A DNA stretch of 38,572 bases, taken from contig CAYIII010000004.1 of NCBI GenBank assembly GCA_964363475.1, forward strand, positions 1-38,572, given 5' to 3'. The notes under the pieces are model-generated. The model saw only the letters and a program-made list of their open reading frames with translations, was not told the origin of the DNA and made no database searches. Origin of the DNA: an uncultured Candidatus Saccharibacteria bacterium. Lineage in GTDB: Bacteria; Patescibacteriota; Minisyncoccia; UBA6257; UBA11618. This document shows positions 18,745 to 28,666 of this stretch, piece by piece (position 1 is the first letter of the stretch; every line of letters starts with the position of its first letter). The translations under genes and the position numbers were made by a program.

Positions 18745-20896
18745 ACTCGGTGTCAGTAGATAGAGGCAGTGGTTTATCAGACGGCATTTCAACCGCTCCA
18801 AAAGACCCTGCGAAAGACACGCTAATCAAAAAACCATTTTTCATAACATCCTCTATGCCATTAATATCAGTAATCGTTTCAACAATATCCGGCAAACCAA
18901 ATCCCGGCTCGCCTTCCTTATCCATATCCAGAACCAAAATTTGACTTTGCCTGTCATTTGAAAAAAAGATTTTAACAAAGGGCTTGCTTTCCTTAACGCC
19001 GTCTTTATAGCGATACACCTCAATCAAATCCAGTTGATTGTCATCGGGATTGTTGTTGTCCATAATCTTTAAGCCAACGAAATAAAGCAAATCCATTGTC
19101 TTGGACGCCCAAACAGCAGGATCGCCCTCCTTATGGTCAAGCTTTTTCTTTAACGAAAAACTCCCCTCTTCAATAACTTTAAGAAGAGATTTTTTTTGCG
19201 CTTCTTCCAATTTAGATGTCGTAAAAGAAAAATTTTTAGAAAGGTCGTCTACCAAAAAAATCCTTGCGTCATATACATAAGGAAATCCGCCGTCATCAAC
19301 TAATAGTTTAAACTTGCTATTTAATGAACAAATTCGCACAGTATCACTAATCGCCTTTATGACTTCTTCTTTATGAGCAAATTCTTCCCGCAAGCCAGGC
19401 ACATAATCAACATATTGCTTGTTACTCACACGAAGAGCGTTATAAATACTTGAATAAACTTCCAGTTGACCTTGCGCTAAATCAGCCGTCAACATTGAAT
19501 AATTAACTTGTACCACACCCTTCACGCCTCTCCTTATTAAAAACAACTTATAAGAATAGTGCAAAGCCGCTAATTGTTGTTTTTCAGTGTAACTTAAAGA
19601 TTTGGCTTGATTTAAAAATTCACTTCTATAGGTTACTCCTTCAGCAGTGCCGCTTTTGTTATAAGCGTTTCTTGCCATTCCATTAATTTCTATAATATGC
19701 TCCGCCAGCCACTTTTCGGTATTCCCGCCCATAATGGCGGGAGTATAAAATTTAGCCATCATAATCTGAAATACAAGATTTTTATCTCCCATTTTCGTAT
19801 TCATAGCTGTCCAGAAAAGAATATCTGAATAAAATTCGGGAATGATATCATCGCGAAAAAGATCTAGAAACTCTACCTTCAAATTATTCAATTTATAGTA
19901 ATGTTCACGATATTTTTTCTCATCAACAATTAAATTTCCGCCAAGATTCAAAACAACGGACTCGCCCTTAACCTTATTAAAATCAAATCCTTTATACACC
20001 CACATCAATTCGCGCAAATTTTTAGCGTAATTGTGATTAATCAAATTGATTTTGTCTTCAAAATACAGAACCTGCGGCAAACTCGCCATCATTTCCACGT
20101 CAAAGGCCAAGGCAACCGGCAAGCTTTGCAGATTAGTATTAACATGAACCATTTCGTGGCCAAGTACTAAGGGCTTTCCCATTAAATAGTCGAATATTGA
20201 GGCCTGCGGATTATAATAGACAATGCCTGAATTCAACCAAGTTACTCCAATAGCGTTGACGCTGGGCGTATATCCTAAATGCAGTTCTCTGGGAATGAAA
20301 TCGGAACGAAGGCACTGTCCGGGAATGAGATTGTACTCTCTGTAAGTGATATTTTTTCCCGTAAGTTTCTTATCAAGCAAGTCGCGAAAATCTTTTTCTG
20401 AAATCCCCAATTTCAACGCGCGCGCTTTGATAGCTTTATCAGTAAAATCTTTATAAAAATTATAATCATTGTCAGCCGCTTGATTCGCCATGGTAATTAA
20501 ATAATTAATAACAATGTCTTTTTCTTCCTCGCTAATAAACCTCTGGCCATTCATCGTAGTAACTCTAATTTTTCCATCCACACGCACAAATTGGTCAAGA
20601 ATAATTTTCATATGAGTATTTTTATCAGCCGTACAGGTGCTGGAAATATCAGTTTGAAAAACAATACTATCGCTTGCTAAAACAAAAATTCTATTATTTA
20701 AATTATCACTGTGATTTTCATCATCAGTAACGCTAATGTAACGATTGTATTCTTGCCATTGATTTACAGGATCGGTAGTTGTCTTAATGCCGTCAGGAAA
20801 ATAAAAAGGCAATTCCACAGCCATAACGGAAATAGGTAAAATGCAAATAGAGATAAAAACAAAAAGAACGCCAATCAATGCCCTGGTCTTAATCAT
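18743..20896 (-). CDS. Large secreted hypothetical protein with HExxH (possible zinc metallopeptidase)
   Basis: Signal peptide; GHEMVH plus downstream Glu (FDVE); AAGGAG RBS before MIKTRA. Confidence 0.6.
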   Translation of the reverse strand: MIKTRALIGVLFVFISICILPISVMAVELPFYFPDGIKTTTDPVNQWQEYNRYISVTDDENHSDNLNNRIFVLASDSIVFQTDISSTCTADKNTHMKIILDQFVRVDGKIRVTTMNGQRFISEEEKDIVINYLITMANQAADNDYNFYKDFTDKAIKARALKLGISEKDFRDLLDKKLTGKNITYREYNLIPGQCLRSDFIPRELHLGYTPSVNAIGVTWLNSGIVYYNPQASIFDYLMGKPLVLGHEMVHVNTNLQSLPVALAFDVEMMASLPQVLYFEDKINLINHNYAKNLRELMWVYKGFDFNKVKGESVVLNLGGNLIVDEKKYREHYYKLNNLKVEFLDLFRDDIIPEFYSDILFWTAMNTKMGDKNLVFQIMMAKFYTPAIMGGNTEKWLAEHIIEINGMARNAYNKSGTAEGVTYRSEFLNQAKSLSYTEKQQLAALHYSYKLFLIRRGVKGVVQVNYSMLTADLAQGQLEVYSSIYNALRVSNKQYVDYVPGLREEFAHKEEVIKAISDTVRICSLNSKFKLLVDDGGFPYVYDARIFLVDDLSKNFSFTTSKLEEAQKKSLLKVIEEGSFSLKKKLDHKEGDPAVWASKTMDLLYFVGLKIMDNNNPDDNQLDLIEVYRYKDGVKESKPFVKIFFSNDRQSQILVLDMDKEGEPGFGLPDIVETITDINGIEDVMKNGFLISVSFAGSFGAVEMPSDKPLPLSTDTE

Positions 20897-20935
20897 TAGA
20901 AACACTCCTTATTCAGATTTCAACAATCTAAGTTA

Positions 20936-20963
20936 AGATTATCAAATTAAGAATGTTCGTCAA
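20936..20963 (-). promoter_or_regulatory. Sigma70-like promoter for the large secreted protein
   Basis: Minus strand TTGACG-16 nt-TAATCT with TG extension. Confidence 0.45.
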
Positions 20964-20964
20964 T

Positions 20965-20990
20965 AAAAAAACTCCGATGCTAATCGGAGT
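20965..20990 (-). terminator. Intrinsic terminator ending the MoxR-vWA operon
   Basis: ACTCCGAT-TAGC-ATCGGAGT followed by T run on minus strand. Confidence 0.75.
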
Positions 20991-20991
20991 A

Positions 20992-22008
20992 TTATTTTCC
21001 TCTGCCTAATATGAAGATTATTATCGCCGAACAGAGAAACAAAAATCTCAATGATGTTTTTTCGTAACGCGTTCTCACTTCTTTCAGCTGACGATTTTCT
21101 TCAATAATATTTTTCAAATTATTGTTTAAATCGCCCGGATTTTCAAACCTAAAATATTTGCCACCGCCCCACCCGGCAACGCTTTGCAAAATACCTTCGT
21201 CTAAAACCGAATAATATCTTTTGCCGGTTTTTTCATCTTTTAGATAAGAAATGAATTCTCCATTATCTCCGCGCTCAACTAAAGGCGCGGGTTTAAGTCC
21301 ACCAACGCCAAACGTATAAATCTTAAAATTAAATTGAACGACATTGCCTATCGCCTGCTGTAATTCAGACCTATTAATGGCAAACGCTTCTTCTTTGCCA
21401 CCATCAGAGAGCAGTACCACTAAATTAGTATCTTCTTTATTGAAACCAAAACCATCAACCATCTCCTTTAATCCCAAAAATGCCGTTATTAAATCAGTGC
21501 CTCCGTAAAAAATAAGGTCGCCGTCAAGTTCTCTCACGGCATCAATAAAAGCTGGCTTTGAAACGGCGGGCGTAAAATAATAACTGCTGGCATCGCTGGC
21601 AAAAGGAATAACGGCGAACTCATAATCGCCTTCAAGATTAAGACAAAAATTCTCAATTTCTTTCTTAGTAGCAGTCAATCTATTCGGCAAAACATCTTCG
21701 GCGCTCTCCATTGAATTAGAAATATCCACCAGAAAATAAACTCGCACGCCTTTGTAAATATTTTCTGAAACGGGTTTCTGATAGTAAGGGTCGGCCAATG
21801 CCAGAACAATCAGAGAAAGCGCAAAGCAATATCCGAAGGCCTTAAAAAACCTCAAAAACCACGACGGTAATTTTACCTGAAACTGATAAAGTTTTTTCTT
21901 GGACATCTCCTGCCATCGCCAATATGCCATCCAAGAAAGTAGGTAAAAAAATCCAACTGCCGGCAAAAGCCAAAACAGTTGGAGGTACTCGGGTGCGTCA
22001 AATCCCAT
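20992..22008 (-). CDS. vWA domain membrane protein, BatB-like
   Basis: N-terminal TMs, LALADP, MIDAS DISNSM, GTDL, LLSDG, C-terminal TM. Confidence 0.88.
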   Translation of the reverse strand: MGFDAPEYLQLFWLLPAVGFFYLLSWMAYWRWQEMSKKKLYQFQVKLPSWFLRFFKAFGYCFALSLIVLALADPYYQKPVSENIYKGVRVYFLVDISNSMESAEDVLPNRLTATKKEIENFCLNLEGDYEFAVIPFASDASSYYFTPAVSKPAFIDAVRELDGDLIFYGGTDLITAFLGLKEMVDGFGFNKEDTNLVVLLSDGGKEEAFAINRSELQQAIGNVVQFNFKIYTFGVGGLKPAPLVERGDNGEFISYLKDEKTGKRYYSVLDEGILQSVAGWGGGKYFRFENPGDLNNNLKNIIEENRQLKEVRTRYEKTSLRFLFLCSAIIIFILGRGK

Positions 22009-22009
22009 T

Positions 22010-22798
22010 TTAAAACTCCCCCGGTCTTAAACCAATAGAGTGTTGCGGTCTGGTCAGATTCGGAATGTGTCTTAACTTTTCAAGACCGCTATCAGTCGCT
22101 CCCATCAGCAATTGTTGCTGATTAGTTTTTAATAATTCTAAATTTATTTGCGCATCTTGGTCCTTAACTCGGAAATCCAACGCGCGCTCCCAAGCCAAAG
22201 CTGTTTGTTCAAAGAACTCTCTTTTCTCGTCATCTTCTGCCAAAATTTGCAACACCCTGTAGTAGACATTGCCACGCGCGTATTGGAGCGCAAAGTTAAA
22301 ATCATCATCTCCTTTGATTTCTTTTATTTTATCAATTTCTTCTTTTGCCTTTTTATAGTTCTCCAGCGCGGAATTATAATTCTCCATTACCAAAGGGTTC
22401 ATATCGTTACTGGGAAGATTTCCATAAAGAACTAACAAACTTTGCGTCCGATAAAGACGATCTTCAGCCGTCTCATAATAAGCAATAGCCAGGGCTAATT
22501 CTAATTGAGATCTAATCTGAAAAGGTTCTTTGGGATTATTAGAATCGCCTGTCAAAACTTTCAAGGGCTCCAATGTATTAATTCTTTCCTCTGGGTCAGG
22601 ATGTTTTTCTACATTACTTAAATCAGCTAATGCCGAAAGCAATTTTTCATGCTGGCTTTCTTTCTTCTGCTGAAATTCTTGGATGGCAATATTTGCTTTC
22701 TCAATTTTTTGTTCTTTTGAATAAAGTTGATATAGCCACACAAGACCGACAGAAAGAAACAGGAGGGATAAAATCCCGGCCACAATAAATTTCTTCAT
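22010..22798 (-). CDS. TPR-like membrane-anchored protein, BatC-like
   Basis: N-terminal TM; YARGNVYY and WERAL...DAQINLELL TPR-like segments. Confidence 0.7.
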   Translation of the reverse strand: MKKFIVAGILSLLFLSVGLVWLYQLYSKEQKIEKANIAIQEFQQKKESQHEKLLSALADLSNVEKHPDPEERINTLEPLKVLTGDSNNPKEPFQIRSQLELALAIAYYETAEDRLYRTQSLLVLYGNLPSNDMNPLVMENYNSALENYKKAKEEIDKIKEIKGDDDFNFALQYARGNVYYRVLQILAEDDEKREFFEQTALAWERALDFRVKDQDAQINLELLKTNQQQLLMGATDSGLEKLRHIPNLTRPQHSIGLRPGEF

Positions 22799-22810
22799 AG
22801 CTTACCTCCA

Positions 22811-23893
22811 TTACGATTCTGTCAAGGACCTACTTACAGTATTCTTTAACACAATCCAGAAAGACAGTAAAGTAAAGGCGGGCAGAGCAAACCAACGGTA
22901 ATAATAATGTTTTTTTTGCTCAATATAATTTTTTGTAGACCTTGATTCTCTTTCAGCAATTTTTTTGTACAGCGTGGCTACGGCTTGGCGATCTTTGCTG
23001 GTTTTAAGAAAAAGCATATCGCCACCCGTTGCTCTAACTAATTTCTGTAAATCAACATTGGCAGAGCCGACGCTAATAATATAAACTGTGATGCCTAACC
23101 GCTCACAAAGATTAATGGTCTTCTTGGGAGAAATAAATTGAGGTGTCGACCCTAAATCAAAAACCCCGTCAGTAAAGACAATAAATACATAACCAGTCAA
23201 TTCTTGTCTGATAATAGTTGTTTTTTCTTCCAATGCTTTATTAAGTTTTAAATCACCCTCCCATCCTCGCGAGCGAGCAATTAACATTTTCATTTCTTCA
23301 GGAGAATAATTATGACCGCCATTATAAACATTTTTCTTTAATGCCAATTGAATAGCGCTCCAAAAACCGCTACCCGCATCAGTGCCTTGATTCAACGGGG
23401 ACGTCTTCCAATCAACCAATTCCATTTTTCTCATAAGATTGTCATAGTCCTCTCTAAAATAAGAAATCACATAAGCGCCGTTAGAAAAAACTATTTGCGC
23501 CACTAAATCACGTTCATTGTCTTTTCTGTCGGATTCTTTCAAAGCGTCAAAAAAGGTCTTGTTGCCAAACAATAGGGCGGGGATGGTTTCTTTAAACATC
23601 GTCATTGACCCCGAACCATCATTTATCAGCACATAGTTATGCAATAAATATTTTTTTGAACGCTCTGAATATCCTATCCACAAATCACCCGCCGATAAAA
23701 TTAATAAGCTTATACCTGAAATAAATAAAAAAGAGGGGAAGTATTCCTTCCAAATAATCTTCCCCTTTTTCTTCTTATAATACGGAGCATGCTTAATGAG
23801 CGACCCAATCTTCACAAAATATTTATTTCTGCGCAAGAAAAAAACGGGAATCAAAGCCACAAAAAACAACAACGCCCACGGATGGTCAAACAT
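22811..23893 (-). CDS. vWA domain membrane protein, BatA-like
   Basis: MFDHPWALL BatA-type N-terminus, DGSGSM MIDAS, GTDAG, FTDG, ATGG. Confidence 0.85.
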   Translation of the reverse strand: MFDHPWALLFFVALIPVFFLRRNKYFVKIGSLIKHAPYYKKKKGKIIWKEYFPSFLFISGISLLILSAGDLWIGYSERSKKYLLHNYVLINDGSGSMTMFKETIPALLFGNKTFFDALKESDRKDNERDLVAQIVFSNGAYVISYFREDYDNLMRKMELVDWKTSPLNQGTDAGSGFWSAIQLALKKNVYNGGHNYSPEEMKMLIARSRGWEGDLKLNKALEEKTTIIRQELTGYVFIVFTDGVFDLGSTPQFISPKKTINLCERLGITVYIISVGSANVDLQKLVRATGGDMLFLKTSKDRQAVATLYKKIAERESRSTKNYIEQKKHYYYRWFALPAFTLLSFWIVLKNTVSRSLTES

Positions 23894-23895
23894 TT

Positions 23896-25641
23896 TTATC
23901 CCCCTTCTCGTTCTGCGTAAATAGAACAAAGGTCATAACATTCTTCAAGAATTTTTAATGAATCAGCGTTCGGCTGATATTTCGGATTGTGCCTTTTGTT
24001 CAATTCCCACAAAGCCAAAAAAATAACATGCTGGTCAGTGCCTTCCTGAACTATCTTTCTTAATTCATTGGCAGAAATGTTATTCGGAATATCAAACATA
24101 AACAAGCATTCCCTTAAAGCTGATTCTATATCTCTATAATTTTTGCGGGATATGGCGCGCTCCAATTTATCTATTTTTTTAAGAAGCTCTTTTCTTTCAT
24201 ACTTCTTGTTAGATTTCTTAAGAAGAACCGAGGAAACAACGCCAATTATAGGCCAAGCCCAGACAAGAACGCCGAAAACGACCAGCGCTGTCGCAATTGA
24301 AATCTGCGTTGTAAACCAAGGCCCGATGCTTCCCAATTCAGCAGCCAAGATACCTTGAACTCCCGCAGAATCAATTTGATGATTTTTAATTGACTGAATA
24401 TCAGTTACTTCTAAAATAGTCGGTTTGGTTATACTGCTCACAGAAAAGCCGAAATTAGGCGGAGTAAATCTAAATACTCCACCATCCAATCCCTCAACGG
24501 GTACTTCAAAAGAAGTAAACCAATACGAACCAACCGAATAAGAATAAAAAGGGTAAGACAGCGTCCATATTTTTTTGCCGTCAATTTCCTCAACCACTCT
24601 ACTCCCCTCTTCAAATTTGAAAAAAACATTAGAAGCGCCGGCATTAGCAGATATAGTAGAGGCGCCAAGAGGAACAATATTGAAACTTCCTTGTCCTAAT
24701 TGAGGAATCTCATCTTCTTTCAATTCAAGTTTTGGGTCATCAATAATAATGTTCACCACAAGCATTCTTTTTTCTCCGAGAGTCGGCGCGCCATTAGGCG
24801 TAACGCGAAATGTTGCCATAATAGGCGAGGAAAGAAATTGAAGAGATGGTTGGGCATATTTAACCCAAGGACTTTCAGAAAGCATATTGGCAAAAGTCAA
24901 TAGATTAATCGGTAAATTTAGTTTATCAACAGTAATATAATAAACTCTTTCAGTTGGTGAAGTGCCAATGCCAACATAAAAGTTTCCGATATTCATTTCA
25001 CTTAAAATAGCCCTCAAACGGCCTTGGTCAATAGCATCAGCAGTTTTTACTTTAATAGTGTTATTAAAGGTGGCCTCACGACCATCTACAACAAAAACTG
25101 GAAACAAGCTCATTTTAGGAGAGTCCTTATTATGCTGATTAATAAAAAGCAAAGTTCTCCCTGCGGGGTCCTTATTATAAGGAGGATAAATACCCAAAGT
25201 AAGAACCATACTTTTGAAATCCAAAGTCCTAATTGCGGTTATATCAACCTCTTTTGCGATTTCTTTTTCTAAAATCGCAACTCTCAATTGCAAATCATTT
25301 CTCTCTTGAAGAGCTTGCGTATACTCTTCGGTTACATTATTTAGCAACTTGCTAATTCTACTATTAACATCCGGAAGCTTCTTGGTCTTAATCTCTTCTA
25401 ATTCTTCCCGCATTTTATTGATGCTTTTAGGAGTTGTTCCTAATTTAGCGAGAAGAATAGCTCTCTCTTCGGTACTAACAACGCCATTAAAAGTAACAAC
25501 TACTTTGTTTATAACCCCTAAACCAACATGTTTCCCACTTTCTTCCTGAAAATAAAAATCTTCAATCTTGTAATCATGAATCGGGTTTCCCTGACTAATT
25601 GCCATGGGACTTAACAGCAACATCAATAGAGTTGAATTCAT
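23896..25641 (-). CDS. Exported/membrane protein in BatD position
   Basis: Signal-like N-terminus, coiled coil, beta-rich region, TM near residue 460; operon position. Confidence 0.55.
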   Translation of the reverse strand: MNSTLLMLLLSPMAISQGNPIHDYKIEDFYFQEESGKHVGLGVINKVVVTFNGVVSTEERAILLAKLGTTPKSINKMREELEEIKTKKLPDVNSRISKLLNNVTEEYTQALQERNDLQLRVAILEKEIAKEVDITAIRTLDFKSMVLTLGIYPPYNKDPAGRTLLFINQHNKDSPKMSLFPVFVVDGREATFNNTIKVKTADAIDQGRLRAILSEMNIGNFYVGIGTSPTERVYYITVDKLNLPINLLTFANMLSESPWVKYAQPSLQFLSSPIMATFRVTPNGAPTLGEKRMLVVNIIIDDPKLELKEDEIPQLGQGSFNIVPLGASTISANAGASNVFFKFEEGSRVVEEIDGKKIWTLSYPFYSYSVGSYWFTSFEVPVEGLDGGVFRFTPPNFGFSVSSITKPTILEVTDIQSIKNHQIDSAGVQGILAAELGSIGPWFTTQISIATALVVFGVLVWAWPIIGVVSSVLLKKSNKKYERKELLKKIDKLERAISRKNYRDIESALRECLFMFDIPNNISANELRKIVQEGTDQHVIFLALWELNKRHNPKYQPNADSLKILEECYDLCSIYAEREGG

Positions 25642-25688
25642 TGGTAATCCTTTCACAAAATTGTCAAGAAACTAGGGTTATAATATAT

Positions 25689-25830
25689 GAACCCTCTCCG
25701 CGTAGCAAGCTACGCGGCATCAGGGGAGGGTTCTGGAGAAGAGTCGGCTCCGCCGACCCTTTATTTTTTATTCGCCTTCGGCGAACTCGCCCTTTATTCC
25801 TCGTCTAAAGACGAGGAATTTCGGGCTCGA
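25689..25830. mobile_element. Non-coding multi-hairpin element, possible IS200/IS605-derived MITE
   Basis: Subterminal hairpins CCGCGTAGC-AA-GCTACGCGG and ATTCCTCGTCT-AA-AGACGAGGAAT plus two internal hairpins; GC-rich insert within an operon. Confidence 0.5.
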
Positions 25831-25845
25831 AACCAATAAAAAAGC

Positions 25846-26700
25846 TCATTTACACAAGAGTAATGAGCTAAAGAATTTCACTAACTGTTTGAAGCATTTA
25901 TCGCTGGCATCAACCCGCGCGACATAAGAATTGAGTGAACGCAATTCTTCATCTAAAGAACTTTTTTCATAATGAGCGGAACGAAGGTCTATCGGGAAAT
26001 ATTTTTTCGTTTCGGAATCAAAAACATTCGCCATTAACGGAGCTTTGGGCAAATCATCTTCTTGCCTATCTCCAATAATAATTGAAAGCAGGACAGTATT
26101 GCGCAAACTGCCGATATGGCCGATATGATTTTTGGCGGAAAGCGGAAGGTTAAAACAAAAATCAGAAATAATTATAACTAAGGAGTTTGTTGGTTCGCGA
26201 GCGGTTATTAGGGAAAGGGAATCCGATATAGAAACGGTGTGATACCCGTCTTTATGTTTTTTACTTAACGCAAAATCAATTGCCGTCAGCGCGTTATCGT
26301 TTCCCAAACCAAGCTCCGTAAAGAAGGGCTGGTCTGAACCGAAAACAGAAACAGACAAACGGTCGCCGACGCTATCAACGGAAAAACCAAACAACAGACA
26401 AAGCGCGCAGGCAATGTCAATTTTTTTCTGCTCCGAACCAAAATTCATTGACGGGCTGTTGTCAATTAACAGCCAAACTTTAAGCGACTTGGGTTCCTCA
26501 AAAACCTTGAACATCGGCTTGCTCGTGCGAATAGTGGCGGGAATGGACAAGTGACGGTCACCAGGTTGCCAATCCCGAACGCCATAAAAATCTCCACCTC
26601 TGCCAAAAAGCAAACTGCGGTGTATGCCTACTGAAAAATTATGTATTTCTCTGGCAACGCCTATTTGAATATTGCGCTTGCGTCTTTTTATGCCTAGCAT
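25846..26700 (-). CDS. DUF58 family protein
   Basis: GIHRS..GRGGDFYGVRDWQPGD, FEEP, LIDNSPSM, IISDF; follows MoxR. Confidence 0.88.
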   Translation of the reverse strand: MLGIKRRKRNIQIGVAREIHNFSVGIHRSLLFGRGGDFYGVRDWQPGDRHLSIPATIRTSKPMFKVFEEPKSLKVWLLIDNSPSMNFGSEQKKIDIACALCLLFGFSVDSVGDRLSVSVFGSDQPFFTELGLGNDNALTAIDFALSKKHKDGYHTVSISDSLSLITAREPTNSLVIIISDFCFNLPLSAKNHIGHIGSLRNTVLLSIIIGDRQEDDLPKAPLMANVFDSETKKYFPIDLRSAHYEKSSLDEELRSLNSYVARVDASDKCFKQLVKFFSSLLLCK

Positions 26701-27824
26701 GAAGGCACCTCCTCTAAGACCTCACTAATAAGGTCTTCCACTAAATCGCTTTTGGTCTTATACCTGCCATCATCATCAATAAGAGTCATTAACGCCGCCG
26801 GATGCAGTAAACTCATTCTGGTCCGCAAAACAGACCGTCCAATTTTTTGAACATCATCAGGTGTCACATAAGAACGATAACGAACAAACGCTTGGGCTTG
26901 AGCGGCTCCTATCAAAAACAGCATGCTCCTGGGATTAATGGGCGGCTTCTGCCTAAAAAGCGGAGCTTTTCTAAGCTTCCTGAATTGCCTTCTAAAAAGG
27001 CCGTGGTCTTTGGGATGATTAACGGCGTCAATAATTCTTGCGCAGTATTCACAAACCTCTTTTCCCACCGCAACATTATCAAATAAAAATTTACGAATGT
27101 TCGCTAATTTTTCAGTGGTAACTACCGGTTCCAAATCAAGCTCATCTATATTTTTGGTTCTGTAATGAATTTCCACCATTTCCTCCGGAGTTACTTCTTG
27201 CATAATTTCTTCAAACATAAAACGATCGCTGACGGCCTCCTGGTCGCTACTAAAAGTGCCGCCGGACTCGCTGGGATTCATAGTCGCTAAAACCACAAAG
27301 GGTTCCGGCAAATTAAATACCTCGCCTCCGTAAGTAATAGTGCCTTCAGCCATCGCCTCAATTAGACCGCTGGCCGCTTTTGGCGGAATCCGATTAATTT
27401 CATCCACCAATAAAACATTAGCGAAAACCGGACCCTTGCGAAATCGCAACCCCTGCTCTTTATTGCCCTGATTAAAATCTAGAATTTCAAAGCCGGTAAT
27501 ATCGCTTGCCATAAGGTCGGGCGTACCCTGAACTTTTTTGCTATTCCCGCCGATTGAATAAGCAAGAACCTTACAAAGCAAGGTCTTACCGGTGCCGGTA
27601 GGGCCGACAAAACGAATATGTCCGCTACCAAGATACGCTTTTCTATTCTTAAAATCCCGTTGGCCGGTAGAAATCAAAGCCAGTATGGTTCTGGTAATAG
27701 GCCCTTTTTGGCCGACAATAAATCCGTGAATTCTTTCAAATAAGGGTTCAATGTCATTAACCATTAAATTGTAATGCTCTTCCGAACAGCTGAAAGTTGT
27801 CGGGTCATAAGGGGCTTGCCTCAT
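26694..27824 (-). CDS. moxR: MoxR family AAA+ ATPase
   Basis: GPTGTGKT, QGTPDLMASDITG, GPVFANVLLVDEINR, LIEAMAE, ATMNP, DRF. Confidence 0.93.
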   Translation of the reverse strand: MRQAPYDPTTFSCSEEHYNLMVNDIEPLFERIHGFIVGQKGPITRTILALISTGQRDFKNRKAYLGSGHIRFVGPTGTGKTLLCKVLAYSIGGNSKKVQGTPDLMASDITGFEILDFNQGNKEQGLRFRKGPVFANVLLVDEINRIPPKAASGLIEAMAEGTITYGGEVFNLPEPFVVLATMNPSESGGTFSSDQEAVSDRFMFEEIMQEVTPEEMVEIHYRTKNIDELDLEPVVTTEKLANIRKFLFDNVAVGKEVCEYCARIIDAVNHPKDHGLFRRQFRKLRKAPLFRQKPPINPRSMLFLIGAAQAQAFVRYRSYVTPDDVQKIGRSVLRTRMSLLHPAALMTLIDDDGRYKTKSDLVEDLISEVLEEVPSC

Positions 27825-27878
27825 GCCATCTCCTCCATTGGTAAAAATGTCGAAGTTCTCACCTATATATAAAATGAA

Positions 27879-27904
27879 ATCCCGCGCTTGGCAAGGCGCG
27901 GGAT
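27879..27904 (-). terminator. Hairpin downstream of the 27915-28544 gene
   Basis: ATCCCGCGC...GCGCGGGAT 9-bp inverted repeat. Confidence 0.55.
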
Positions 27905-27914
27905 AAACAAATAC

Positions 27915-28544
27915 TTATCTGTTTAGAATTTCTTTAGCGCACTCAAAAACCTTTTTTCCATGGTCGTCATTGGCATAGCCGCACATATGTATATATTCAT
28001 GAGCGGCAATATTATCATGATACTTTCCGGGACCCCAAGTTACATAAGCGGTATTACCACCGACAGCCGGAGTCAAACCTACCACCCAAATATCTCTCCA
28101 TTTAAATCTAGTAGTACCCGTTATGGGATTAATTTCGGCATTATCGGGAAACTTTAATTTAACAGTACTGACAGCGCGGATATTAAAGCCGCCGCCGCGA
28201 AGACATTTTTCCGCCAAAGGAAGATACTTTTCAGCGTCAATAAAACAATAAACGGCCTCATTGAAAAAATGCTCTTTCCCCTTTTGATAAGGAATATTAT
28301 CAAAAGTAAATCCTAATTTGGAAATTAATCTTAATTTACGGCCGTCATCATAAATTTCGTAGCCCGCAAGCTCGGTGATTTTTTCACCACCGGATTCTAT
28401 CCAATGACTAACGCTATTTTCTTTATAGCTGACACTTTTGTAAGTGGTAATAGAATATTTGTCATGCGCTTTGAAGTCCTCGGCTTTAGCATTAAATCCG
28501 AATAAAAACACTAATATAAAAAACAGCGCGACTAAGCGTTTCAT
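27915..28544 (-). CDS. Secreted protein with HExxH zincin-like motif
   Basis: Signal peptide ending AKA; AAHEYIHMCGYANDDH; AAGGAG RBS. Confidence 0.65.
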   Translation of the reverse strand: MKRLVALFFILVFLFGFNAKAEDFKAHDKYSITTYKSVSYKENSVSHWIESGGEKITELAGYEIYDDGRKLRLISKLGFTFDNIPYQKGKEHFFNEAVYCFIDAEKYLPLAEKCLRGGGFNIRAVSTVKLKFPDNAEINPITGTTRFKWRDIWVVGLTPAVGGNTAYVTWGPGKYHDNIAAHEYIHMCGYANDDHGKKVFECAKEILNR

Positions 28545-28618
28545 CAGAATCTCCTTTTATTAATTTACAAATAATCTAAAACTAGAGTAGCACAAATATT
28601 AAAATTCTTTTCAATGCG

Positions 28619-28666
28619 GGTGCCTGCACCGCGAAGCTCATCAATTTATTGATGAGCGAAGTGGTG
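28619..28666 (-). repeat. Mini palindromic insert at the duplicated tRNA-Ala 3' end
   Basis: CACCAC-TTC-GCTCATCAAT-AA-ATTGATGAGC-TTC-GCGGTG-CAGG-CACC. Confidence 0.65.
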
